Source of the DNA: Pyrobaculum calidifontis JCM 11548
Lineage (GTDB): Archaea > Thermoproteota > Thermoprotei > Thermoproteales > Thermoproteaceae
DNA length: 32,000 nt
Reading direction: 5' to 3'
Assembly (NCBI RefSeq): GCF_000015805.1
Contig: NC_009073.1
Span: 420,001-452,000 of the forward strand
The translations under genes and the position numbers were made by a program. Positions within the stretch are counted from its first letter, which is position 1. Each line of letters begins with the position of its first letter. Of this stretch, positions 17,969 through 25,525 are shown piece after piece. The notes below the pieces were generated by a model. That model was not told the DNA's origin. It saw only the letters and a list, made by a program, of their open reading frames with translations, and searched no databases.

Positions 17969-18170
17969 TTTACATTTTCTTTGTCTAAGCGGCGCCGACG
18001 CCGTTGTCCGACGAAAATTCTTGTCCAAAACGGCGGCCACACGGCACTTGTCAAAGTTTAGTCCGCCGCTAAAACCATTAGGATCTCGAACGTCGTGCTT
18101 TACACAGTTTTCAGATTATTGATATTTAACCAGAATAGAATTAATAAAACTGATATGTAGAACTATATAG
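17969..18170. repeat. Right inverted repeat (IR-R) of the 2.4-kb cassette
   Basis: Reverse complement of IR-L: perfect over 17969-18069 and imperfect over 18070-18170. It begins 22 nt after the stop of the cassette ORF. Confidence 0.9.
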
Positions 18171-18198
18171 GTTTGTCTCATGCCGCAAAATGTTTTAG

Positions 18199-18381
18199 AG
18201 CTGTAGCAAGTTCCAAACTAATGTTCCCTTTCCCAAGGGCAACATCGAGCCTGGCGAGGCGCCCGAGGCAACTGCGCTGAGGGAGGTAAAGGAGGAGACG
18301 GGCCTCGACGTGGAGTTGGTAGAGGGCTTCCGGGAGGAGGTGGAGTACGTGTACCACTGGGCCATCGCGAGGTGGTCGTAG
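18199..18381 (+). pseudogene. 5'-truncated Nudix hydrolase remnant
   Basis: This frame reads ...NVPFPKGNIEPGEAPEATALREVKEETGLDVELVEGF..., a clear Nudix box (GX5EX7REVXEETG). There is no start codon, the ~30-40 N-terminal residues expected before the box are missing, and the frame ends prematurely. The remnant begins ~30 nt after IR-R. Confidence 0.65.
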
Positions 18382-18403
18382 TTCAGCTCGGGGTCTGAGC
18401 CTT

Positions 18404-18505
18404 GTGAAGTCCGGGGAGCTGAAGCAGGGCGGGGAGAAGGTGTGGAACTCCGTGGTGCAGTTGGTGAAGGCTGTGGCAGAGAGAAGACGTTGGCGCCACG
18501 CCTCC
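18404..18505 (+). pseudogene. Short gene fragment (PaREP1-like helix or frameshifted Nudix C-terminus)
   Basis: Reads KSGELKQGGEKVWNSVVQLVKAVAERRRWRHASL. It resembles the xEKxWxAxxxxVKAxA helix of PaREP1-type proteins. The frame then runs antisense into the serpin gene. Confidence 0.3.
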
Positions 18506-19690
18506 CTAGCCGACAACGTGGCCTATGAAGTATATGACCCTGTCATCTGCCAAGACGAAGAGAAACGGCCTATCCACTACCACCTCCGCACCGCCTACTT
18601 TGGCGCATACAGCGACTTCGACCGCGGTGGCCGCCGCGGCGACTACCCCATTTTCATAGGCCTTGACGTAGGTCCCGTGGAATACGTCGCTTAGATAGAC
18701 GTCGCGGGAGCCGTCCATGGGCGAAAAGTCGGCCTTAGATGGGTCAAAGGCCCTTATGATGCCCATTTCTTTCAACACATCTTTTACAGAACCCTTAAAC
18801 TCTGCCACAAAGATCGGCATTTTTACGTACACGACCTCGGCCGTCAAATTGGAGAGATCTTCCCTGAGTTTTTCATAATTCAACGAGGCCACGTAGGCTT
18901 TGAAATCCAGCGGCACGACAATGTACATGGCAGTCTCCGTGTTCTTCAGCGGTAGCTTCACCACGGTTATGTTGTCCTCTATTTTGCCCACCAACGATGG
19001 GTCGCCGCACGACCTCAAGTCGAGGGCCATGTACTCCACGGGGTGCGCCGCCCCGGCGAAGCTCCCCTCCCCCACCCTGGAAAAGGAGCGCGGCCACCAG
19101 CCTGCCTCAAAGTACAGCGCCGACACCAGCACTGCTACGACGTCCCTCTTTGGACTCGACGGAATTAGGTCTTTTACAAGGCCGCGCGTCTTTTCCTCAA
19201 CCCACTTGTTTATCTCCTCGACCGTGGCCTTAAAGTTGCCGCGAAAATCTACGCGGTGAGCCTCGGCGCAGAGACAAGCAAGCTTTTCCAAGTACTGCTG
19301 TGTAAATGTCGCTCCCGTCTGGAGCCACGCTGAGGTTGCCTCTTCCATGCCTCTGCCAGCTGGCGCCACTTCGCAGGGGTCTTCGCCGAAGCCGAAAACT
19401 CGCTTGATCTCCTCTCTAGTCTCGCCCCCAGCGCCTGCGTACACCATGGCGAAGGCCTTGTAAACGGAAAAAGGAGACACGGCGAAATTTTCGCCTAAGT
19501 GGCTCAGGGCCAGCCTCTTGTAAAACTCCACGGCGAACTCGTTGTAGCCGCTGGCGTTGAAGTTGAGGGCAGGAGAGGGCGAGCAATTTCTAGGCGGAGG
19601 GGCCGCCGGGCTTCCAACGCTTGACGACAACGCCTCTAGCAGTACCAAGGCAATTGCCCCCATGGCAACTAGGAGGTACAGACGTAGCAC
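18506..19690 (-). CDS. Serpin (serine protease inhibitor) with N-terminal signal/anchor sequence
   Basis: 394-aa ORF with a hydrophobic N-terminus (LRLYLLVAMGAIALVLLEAL), an inhibitory-type hinge ENGVVAAAATAVEV, and the C-terminal VVDRPFLFVL...FIGHV serpin signature. Confidence 0.9.
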   Translation of the reverse strand: MLRLYLLVAMGAIALVLLEALSSSVGSPAAPPPRNCSPSPALNFNASGYNEFAVEFYKRLALSHLGENFAVSPFSVYKAFAMVYAGAGGETREEIKRVFGFGEDPCEVAPAGRGMEEATSAWLQTGATFTQQYLEKLACLCAEAHRVDFRGNFKATVEEINKWVEEKTRGLVKDLIPSSPKRDVVAVLVSALYFEAGWWPRSFSRVGEGSFAGAAHPVEYMALDLRSCGDPSLVGKIEDNITVVKLPLKNTETAMYIVVPLDFKAYVASLNYEKLREDLSNLTAEVVYVKMPIFVAEFKGSVKDVLKEMGIIRAFDPSKADFSPMDGSRDVYLSDVFHGTYVKAYENGVVAAAATAVEVAVCAKVGGAEVVVDRPFLFVLADDRVIYFIGHVVG

Positions 19691-19734
19691 AGCCCCGCCG
19701 GGAGTCGAGCAAATAAATTTGACGTACTCAAAGT

Positions 19735-19971
19735 CTATGTCAAATCCTCCAACGCCTTGGCCAAGGCGAGGGCCACCTCCTTACCCCTCTCCGTGAGCCT
19801 CACCGAGCCGTCGACCTCCGCCACGAGGCCCCTATCCTTTAGGAAGTCTAGGTACTGGAGGAAACGTGGGTAATTGAGCCCTGTCCTCATATACAGCGCA
19901 GTGCGGCCCTTGGGGGACTCCAAGAGGGAGAGGAGTATCCTAGCCACTACGTCAAGGTCGTACTTAGCCAT
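19735..19971 (-). CDS. Small winged-helix DNA-binding protein
   Basis: MAKYDLDVVARILLSLLESPKGRTALYMRTGLNYPRFLQYLDFLKDRGLVAEVDGSVRLTERG fits a wHTH (helix-turn-helix plus wing). The start is set at the internal ATG; the ORF opens at 20007. Confidence 0.7.
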   Translation of the reverse strand: MAKYDLDVVARILLSLLESPKGRTALYMRTGLNYPRFLQYLDFLKDRGLVAEVDGSVRLTERGKEVALALAKALEDLT

Positions 19972-20729
19972 TTTCTCACGCGCCTCATGCCCACATAGAA
20001 TCTCCACAAGCCGTAGACACCCACGGCGGCGGGCAAGGCGGCCAACAACTGCGAGGGGAGGGCGGCAAGAGAGGCGGCTATGGAGGCGGCCGAGAGGAAG
20101 AGAAGCGACTTTGCCCTATCCAACAGGCACTCGGCGCCTCTACACTTGGCCAGATACGCGCCGTAGAGAAACAGCGCCACCCCAAGCGCCAGCGCTACCA
20201 GCCGCAATGCCTCAAAAAACGAGACGCCTCCCCGGCCGACCTCTTCCACGACGCTGGGACCGCCCGTGAAGTTAAGCCTACAACTGTCCAAGGTAGCCAT
20301 AAAATGTGTGAAGTTGAAGTAGCCGTTTTCTAAGACAGCTATGTAGATCCTACTCTCCGCTTCTACGGGCTTACAACTCGCCGTGAGGTTAGCGGCGGGG
20401 CGCCGCTCCACGACATTTACCTTGATCTCCCGCGCCGGGACCGACAGGGGGATCGACACATTTGGCCACGCGGGGGGCGCGGCGGCGCTTGTCATTTCTG
20501 CCATGAGCACGTGGCTGGGAGCCGCCAATTGTATTGCGCCCGTGGCTATGGCGAGAGCCGCCGTTGCTAGAATGACGTAGAGAAATTTCACAACTCGTAA
20601 AAGAGGGGCCGTTAAAAAGTTGACGTATTGAAAGTACACACCAGCGCAACGCGCATTGTAGAAAGCCGCCTTACGCCCATATCGCCTATTCCACATGGCC
20701 CACGTCTCCCCGTGACAGACGCCTAGCAA
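19947..20729 (-). CDS. Hypothetical membrane protein
   Basis: ORF with an N-terminal TM helix (FLYVILATAALAIATGAI), a central soluble part with N-x-T/S sequons, and two C-terminal TM helices. Its end overlaps the wHTH gene by ~25 nt. The start codon is uncertain. Confidence 0.5.
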   Translation of the reverse strand: MLGVCHGETWAMWNRRYGRKAAFYNARCAGVYFQYVNFLTAPLLRVVKFLYVILATAALAIATGAIQLAAPSHVLMAEMTSAAAPPAWPNVSIPLSVPAREIKVNVVERRPAANLTASCKPVEAESRIYIAVLENGYFNFTHFMATLDSCRLNFTGGPSVVEEVGRGGVSFFEALRLVALALGVALFLYGAYLAKCRGAECLLDRAKSLLFLSAASIAASLAALPSQLLAALPAAVGVYGLWRFYVGMRRVRKWLSTTLT

Positions 20730-20870
20730 GGCGCTTTGAACGTTGCCTTAGCCCACAGCAATGCCGCGAGGAGCCCTTAAACACTGCGGCTGGGTAGCCG
20801 GCCGCTGACCACGGCGGACGGCCCACTGGCGCACCCCGACAACGTTTTTTAAGCGGGGCCACTTTATCGC

Positions 20871-21926
20871 GTGGTTGTGTACACCGTTGGGTACTCCGCC
20901 TTCACCCCCGAGGGGCTTCTCGCCGAGCTTAAGAGGCGCGGCGTAGAGGTGGTAGTCGACGTTAGGCGCTTCCCCCGGTCTAAGATGCGGGGATTCTCGC
21001 AGGGGGAGCTAGAAGAGCTGTTGAAGGGGGCCGGCGTGGAGTACTTGTGGATGGGCGAGTTGGGGGCGCTGGGCGTGAGGGGGGTAAGGGCCGGCTGCTC
21101 TCAGTCCCCCACCTTTGACGCATATGTCTGGCGTCTCTACCGCTACGGGCCAGCAATCCTTAGCCTCGAGGAGTTGAACAAGCTGGCGGCCGAGAGGACG
21201 GCGGCGCTGTTGTGCAAAGAGGAGGACTGGCGGCACTGCCACAGACAGTTTATCGCCGACTACCTCGCCGCCAGGGGGCACACGGTGGTGCACATTAGGA
21301 AGGGGGGAAGGGAGGAGCCCCACGTCCCCACTCCCTGCTACAGCGTCTTACAGCCGCCGCCCGTCGAGCTCGTTGCCAGGGCGGCGGGCGACTTCGCCCA
21401 CTTGTGTAAAACCCACAGCGTCTACCTCTTCGGAGGGGCGTTGTACAACAGCGGCGGCGACATAGACGTCGTGGCCTACGGCGAGCCCGCCGGCGAGTTG
21501 CCCCAGGGGTACGACGCCCAGACAATACCGGCCCCACGCCCCGACCTCTTCCACCTCTTTGTCACAAGAGGCGTACTCCTCTGCGGAAAGCCCCTCCTAG
21601 TCGACCCCCGCGAGGCCTTGGAAAACGAGCTAAGAGAGGCGGAGGCCCTGGCGCAGTACTTCAGAGAGGGCACCCACCCCGTGCTAGTGTGCAAGGCGGC
21701 CAAGAGGCTGGTGTTCCTAGCCGCAGTACTCAAGTGCGGCCTCTGGGCAGACACGTGGCAAAAGGCCACCCAGTGCCTTGGAGAAGTTCCCGGCGTATTT
21801 AAGGACTGCCTAAGCCCCCCGCCCCTGGAGGAGATGCGGCGGCACAGCCACTTCGTGGAGAAACTAGTGGCCCTAATCAACGAGAGGCGCAAAGCCGGCG
21901 CGCTTTCTCTACCAGGAGGACTATGA
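20871..21926 (+). CDS. DUF488-like domain fused to a minimal nucleotidyltransferase-like domain
   Basis: N-terminus VYTVGYSAFTPEGLLAELKRRGVEVVVDVRRFPRS...CKEEDWRHCHRQFIADYL fits the DUF488 pattern. The C-terminal half has SVYLFGGALYNSGGDIDVVAYG (G-G/S...D-x-D NTase motif) followed by a helical region. Confidence 0.7.
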   Translation: MVVYTVGYSAFTPEGLLAELKRRGVEVVVDVRRFPRSKMRGFSQGELEELLKGAGVEYLWMGELGALGVRGVRAGCSQSPTFDAYVWRLYRYGPAILSLEELNKLAAERTAALLCKEEDWRHCHRQFIADYLAARGHTVVHIRKGGREEPHVPTPCYSVLQPPPVELVARAAGDFAHLCKTHSVYLFGGALYNSGGDIDVVAYGEPAGELPQGYDAQTIPAPRPDLFHLFVTRGVLLCGKPLLVDPREALENELREAEALAQYFREGTHPVLVCKAAKRLVFLAAVLKCGLWADTWQKATQCLGEVPGVFKDCLSPPPLEEMRRHSHFVEKLVALINERRKAGALSLPGGL

Positions 21927-22274
21927 ACCTAAGCTTCGCCACTTCAGCGCCTACCTAGTGGAGCCAGTTTACGTGAACGCGGCGTCCCACGCCACATATA
22001 CACCGTCGCCGAGCTTTGCCCGGCCAGCCACAGTCCCCTCTTCACAGCCTCAAGCAGACCGTTCGCCAACGCATTCACCCTCACCGCCTTGTAAATCTTT
22101 TCACGCGCCTGTACCAAGTCGCCGCGGTCTAAGACGCCTCTCTGATACATCTCACAGTTCTACGTGAGAGTAGGAAGCTCAGAGAGGCCCAACTCCAGAG
22201 GCGATGCGACTAGATCTACGACGTAGCGTCAAGGCCCCTCTCCCTCAGCCGCTCTAACAATGAGCAAGCATATG

Positions 22275-23354
22275 CTACTCTCCGCTGTAATGTGCTTGTG
22301 GCGGCAGTCGGCGGCCCACAGGGGCCGCGATGTATATGTTGTGCTCGTTTTCGAGAATCCTCACCTTCACCCTGGCGCCCAACAGCTCCTCCGCCCCCCG
22401 CCCCACTGCCACAGTCAAAGTCCTATCCCAAACCGCCGTCCCCCTCTTGGCCACAGGCACGGCGAGCACCTCGCCCTTGAAAATACCCCGCTCCACCACT
22501 TCCACAGACACCACCTCACCCACCTTGTAGGGCTTGGGGAGCTCGGGGGCTCTGTGGATGTTGAACTCCCCCGGCCTTGGGACCAAGGGCACCCCCGTCT
22601 CTCTCTCAAGCTCCCTGAGGCGCCTCCAAAACTCGCCCCACCCCATAGGCCTCACCTTGACCTTGCGCCCCCTCTTGTGCGGCACGTACTTCTGGATCAA
22701 AACCGGCGTAAGGCCTCTCCCAAGCCCCGCCTCCGCCGCCCACCTCGCTATCTTCGCCATCTCTCCGTCATTGAGGCCGGGAATCCACACCGGGCTCACC
22801 ACCACATTTATGCCAAGGTCAAGGGCCTTTTTCACAAGCTCCACAACCCTCTCCACGTTGTACCACGGAGCGCCCGCCAGCCTCTTAGCCAACTCAGGGT
22901 CAAGCGCGTCTATGCTCACGTTCAACCTATCCAGCCCAGCCGAGGCAAGAGCCCTAAGCCCCTCCTCCCCCAGCATAAAAAGCCTCGTCTGCATAGACAC
23001 CAACGCAACCCCCCTAATCGCCTTCGCCCCAGCCACAAGCTCAGCCAAGGCGGGGTAGTTCCCAGGATCCCCCATCCCATCTATATGCACCTCCACGTCG
23101 TCAACCCCCTTAAACCTAACAACCTCCTCCAACGCCACGAGCAACGCCCCCACGTCCACCACATACTCAACCCACCTAACCCTCGACCCAGGCCCCGCAT
23201 TCACAGAACAAAAGACGCAAGAAAGCGCACACACGGTGGTAGGCCTAACCTCAACCACGTTAGTCCCCCTATCTACAATCCCAAAGGCCAGCGTGCCCAC
23301 TTGAGGAAAAGACCCGTCAATCTCCACTAAATGCCTCCCAAACACTAGGCGCAC
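22275..23354 (-). CDS. Radical SAM protein with C-terminal TRAM-like domain
   Basis: CALSCVFCSV (CxxxCxxC cluster motif) lies near the N-terminus. The C-terminal beta-rich block VGEVVSVEVVERGIFKGEVLAVPV...ARVKVRILE is TRAM-like. The GTG start at 23354 is ~25 nt from a TATA-like box (23375-23384). Confidence 0.85.
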   Translation of the reverse strand: MRLVFGRHLVEIDGSFPQVGTLAFGIVDRGTNVVEVRPTTVCALSCVFCSVNAGPGSRVRWVEYVVDVGALLVALEEVVRFKGVDDVEVHIDGMGDPGNYPALAELVAGAKAIRGVALVSMQTRLFMLGEEGLRALASAGLDRLNVSIDALDPELAKRLAGAPWYNVERVVELVKKALDLGINVVVSPVWIPGLNDGEMAKIARWAAEAGLGRGLTPVLIQKYVPHKRGRKVKVRPMGWGEFWRRLRELERETGVPLVPRPGEFNIHRAPELPKPYKVGEVVSVEVVERGIFKGEVLAVPVAKRGTAVWDRTLTVAVGRGAEELLGARVKVRILENEHNIYIAAPVGRRLPPQAHYSGE

Positions 23355-23396
23355 ATAAGACGCCGGAATAGCAGATAAAAACTTAAGACCGCGCCA

Positions 23397-23762
23397 CTAA
23401 GAGGTAGACTGCCCGCTCTTCGCCTCCTGCTCCAGCTTCTTGAGCTCCTCCTCAATCTCCTTCTCGATCTCTTCGATGGGCTTGGGTGGTGGGGTGGTGG
23501 CTAGGGCGTAGCCTACCCAGGCGAGTATGCCCAACACCGCGGCCACTGCGACAAAGGCAGTCAGCTGTATCACAAAGGCGCTCCAAGGCGAGAAGAAGAC
23601 AAGCCACCCGTACAACAAAATGCCGACAATCCCAACCACAAGAAGGCCAATACCCACAGCCTTATCCCTATGCATAAGACAAAAAACCAACGAATATATA
23701 AATATAACCAAGGCGAGGGACAGAGCCACCAAGAGCGGCGCCCACTCCGTCAGACTAACCAA
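23397..23762 (-). CDS. Small membrane protein with acidic coiled C-terminal tail
   Basis: 121-aa ORF with three predicted TM helices and a C-terminal PPPKPIEEIEKEIEEELKKLEQEAK. Confidence 0.55.
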   Translation of the reverse strand: MVSLTEWAPLLVALSLALVIFIYSLVFCLMHRDKAVGIGLLVVGIVGILLYGWLVFFSPWSAFVIQLTAFVAVAAVLGILAWVGYALATTPPPKPIEEIEKEIEEELKKLEQEAKSGQSTS

Positions 23763-23796
23763 GGCGAAGCTTTTAAAAAACTATGAGGAAAAAGAC

Positions 23797-24435
23797 GTGG
23801 CGAGCGACCTGAAGCGTCAGTTCCTCAAGTTGCTTGAGGAAGATGAGGAGTTTAGATACGCCGTGGCGGGGCGCCTCGGCATATTAGAGGTATTAAAACG
23901 CCTAGACGCCATAGCAGAAGAACAGAAAAACATAAATCGAAACATAGAAAACATAAATCAGAAAATAGAAAAAACATGGGAAGAGATAGCCAAGATCTGG
24001 GCCCAAATTGAGAAAATTTGGAAAGAGATCAAAGACATGAAGAAGACGCTTAACAGGGTGGAGAAGACTCTTGAGCACATCACCATAAGCATAGAGGAGG
24101 AGGCGCAGGAGGCTGTGGCTTGGCTACTGTCGCAGAGGGGAATCACCATGGAGATAGGCGATGTGAAAGTCGACGAAAAATACGAATTCGACATCTATGG
24201 CAGCAATGGCCAAATCACAGTAGTAGGAGAAGCTAAGACGAGGGCCTCGCCAAGGGCCGTAGGGAAGCTCCTAGAGAGGGTAGAAAAGGCCAAGAAGCTC
24301 AGGCCAGACATATTCAAAGGACGCGTAGTCCCAGTAATCTACTGCTTAAAATACGTCGGAAACCCCAAAGAGGCAGAGGAGCGGGGGGTCTGGGTCATAA
24401 AATCGGGAAAAGAACTCACAAAACCACCACTATAA
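23797..24435 (+). CDS. Coiled-coil + PD-(D/E)xK nuclease-like protein (paralogue of 15112-15771)
   Basis: GTG 23797 is in frame with the long ORF 23527-24435, whose first 90 codons overlap the opposite-strand membrane gene. It has coiled-coil repeats (NINRNIENINQKIEKTWEEIAKIWAQIEKIWKEIKDMKK) followed by EKYEFDIYGSNGQITVVGEAKTR (D...E-A-K). Confidence 0.65.
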   Translation: MASDLKRQFLKLLEEDEEFRYAVAGRLGILEVLKRLDAIAEEQKNINRNIENINQKIEKTWEEIAKIWAQIEKIWKEIKDMKKTLNRVEKTLEHITISIEEEAQEAVAWLLSQRGITMEIGDVKVDEKYEFDIYGSNGQITVVGEAKTRASPRAVGKLLERVEKAKKLRPDIFKGRVVPVIYCLKYVGNPKEAEERGVWVIKSGKELTKPPL

Positions 24436-24616
24436 CGCCAGCGACGTCTCAACGACCCCACGCCACAATAACACGGACACGCTACAAACAGAAACAGACG
24501 CCAACCCGGCGACGGTCAAGGCCCCGCGAGAGACTGGCAATTAACCAGGACAGCCAAGGGAGGGCGGAAATCTCCAGCCCCTTAAACTTTATATAATCTG
24601 AAGGAAAGAAAATAAT

Positions 24617-24811
24617 GTGGATGAGGACGTTTACTACGTCATAAGCTTCTCTTTGACCATAATTGGGATGCTGGGCGTGGCGTTGTACTGGCTAGGAGGG
24701 AAGTTTAAGAAACTAGAAAAGAGATTTGAGCAGATTGATGACAATATGGGTAGCCCTAGCGAGAAAAAAGGAAAGCCAGCAGTAGGATGCCCACCTACGA
24801 GAAGTGGATAG
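24617..24811 (+). CDS. Small putative membrane protein upstream of the HEPN gene
   Basis: 64-aa ORF with one TM helix (VISFSLTIIGMLGVALYWLGG). The GTG start is ~24 nt downstream of CTTTATATAATC (24588-24599). It overlaps the HEPN start by 25 nt. Confidence 0.35.
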   Translation: MDEDVYYVISFSLTIIGMLGVALYWLGGKFKKLEKRFEQIDDNMGSPSEKKGKPAVGCPPTRSG

Positions 24812-25155
24812 AGAGAGCAAAGAGGTACGCGGCGCTTGCCAGAGAGATGGCTACAAGAGGCTTCTACCCCGAGGCTTGCCTCTTTGCCCAACAAGCCGCC
24901 GAGCTCTACCTCAAGGGACTTTTGATAAAGGCCACGGGGGCCAGGCCGTACACACACTCCATTCTACACCTGCTCAGAAGCTACCTCGCCCTCTCGGGGC
25001 GCGAGCCCGGCGAAGAGGAGACGAGGTGCGCCAAGCTTCTCACAGAGCACTACCTAGGGGCGCGGTACCCCGACGCGAGGATGTTAGAATACGACGACAA
25101 AGACGCCGAGGAGTGCCTAAGATGCATGGACGCGGTGCTCAATGCAGCTGTATAG
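24787..25155 (+). CDS. HEPN domain protein (putative toxin of a HEPN/MNT pair)
   Basis: 122-aa all-helical ORF. EACLFAQQAAELYLKGLL and HYLGARYPD are typical HEPN blocks. It overlaps the downstream nucleotidyltransferase gene by 14 nt. Confidence 0.8.
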   Translation: MPTYEKWIERAKRYAALAREMATRGFYPEACLFAQQAAELYLKGLLIKATGARPYTHSILHLLRSYLALSGREPGEEETRCAKLLTEHYLGARYPDARMLEYDDKDAEECLRCMDAVLNAAV

Positions 25156-25525
25156 GCAAATATTCCTAAAAGCGGCTCAGGAGGCGGAGGAATGGATACG
25201 ACGACTCTGCGAAGCGGGGTACACAGTCATACTCTTCGGCTCAAGGGCAAGAGGCGACGCGAGAATAGACAGCGACTGGGACCTACTAGTAGTGGGAAAA
25301 GACCCCCCACCCGAGCCGCCCCACGACCTAGTACAAGTGGTATTCCTAAAGCCCGAAGACGTAGAACCCCAGATAGAAAAATTCAACACCCTGGTAATAG
25401 ACGCCCTCTACGAGGGAAAACTGATATGCGGCCCCAAAGACCTCTACCACAAGTGGAGAGAAACCACACTGAGAAAGACGGCCAACTACGCCAAGACACC
25501 ACAAGGCTGGCTACCACGCTCCTAG
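25142..25525 (+). CDS. Minimal nucleotidyltransferase (MNT, putative antitoxin)
   Basis: VILFGSRARGDARIDSDWDLLVV is the canonical GSxxRG...DxD minimal nucleotidyltransferase motif. Confidence 0.85.
   Translation: MQLYRQIFLKAAQEAEEWIRRLCEAGYTVILFGSRARGDARIDSDWDLLVVGKDPPPEPPHDLVQVVFLKPEDVEPQIEKFNTLVIDALYEGKLICGPKDLYHKWRETTLRKTANYAKTPQGWLPRS

Larger units (their letters stand above)
15781..18170. mobile_element. Candidate mobile or invertible cassette: long terminal inverted repeats flanking a single large ORF
   Basis: ~200-bp IRs at both ends, one internal AT-richer ORF with its own TATA-like box, and truncated gene debris directly outside IR-R. No recognisable DDE, serine or tyrosine recombinase was seen. 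Confidence 0.5.

Noticed and set aside
18178-18516. 112-aa minus-strand ORF between IR-R and the serpin
   Set aside because: It is antisense to the Nudix-box remnant, which has a far more convincing signature. Its composition is Arg/Pro/Leu-rich with no motif.
22260-23330. 356-aa ORF on the plus strand opposite the radical SAM gene
   Set aside because: It is extremely Pro/His/Arg/Leu-rich and low-complexity, with no motifs, and it exactly shadows a well-supported minus-strand gene (CxxxCxxC + TRAM-like). This is a typical antisense ORF of GC-rich DNA.
23527-23796. N-terminal 90 codons of the 302-aa ORF 23527-24435
   Set aside because: They overlap the oppositely oriented three-TM membrane gene, have Thr/Lys/Pro-rich composition, and are unlike the paralogue at 15112. 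An in-frame GTG at 23797 gives a protein collinear with that paralogue.
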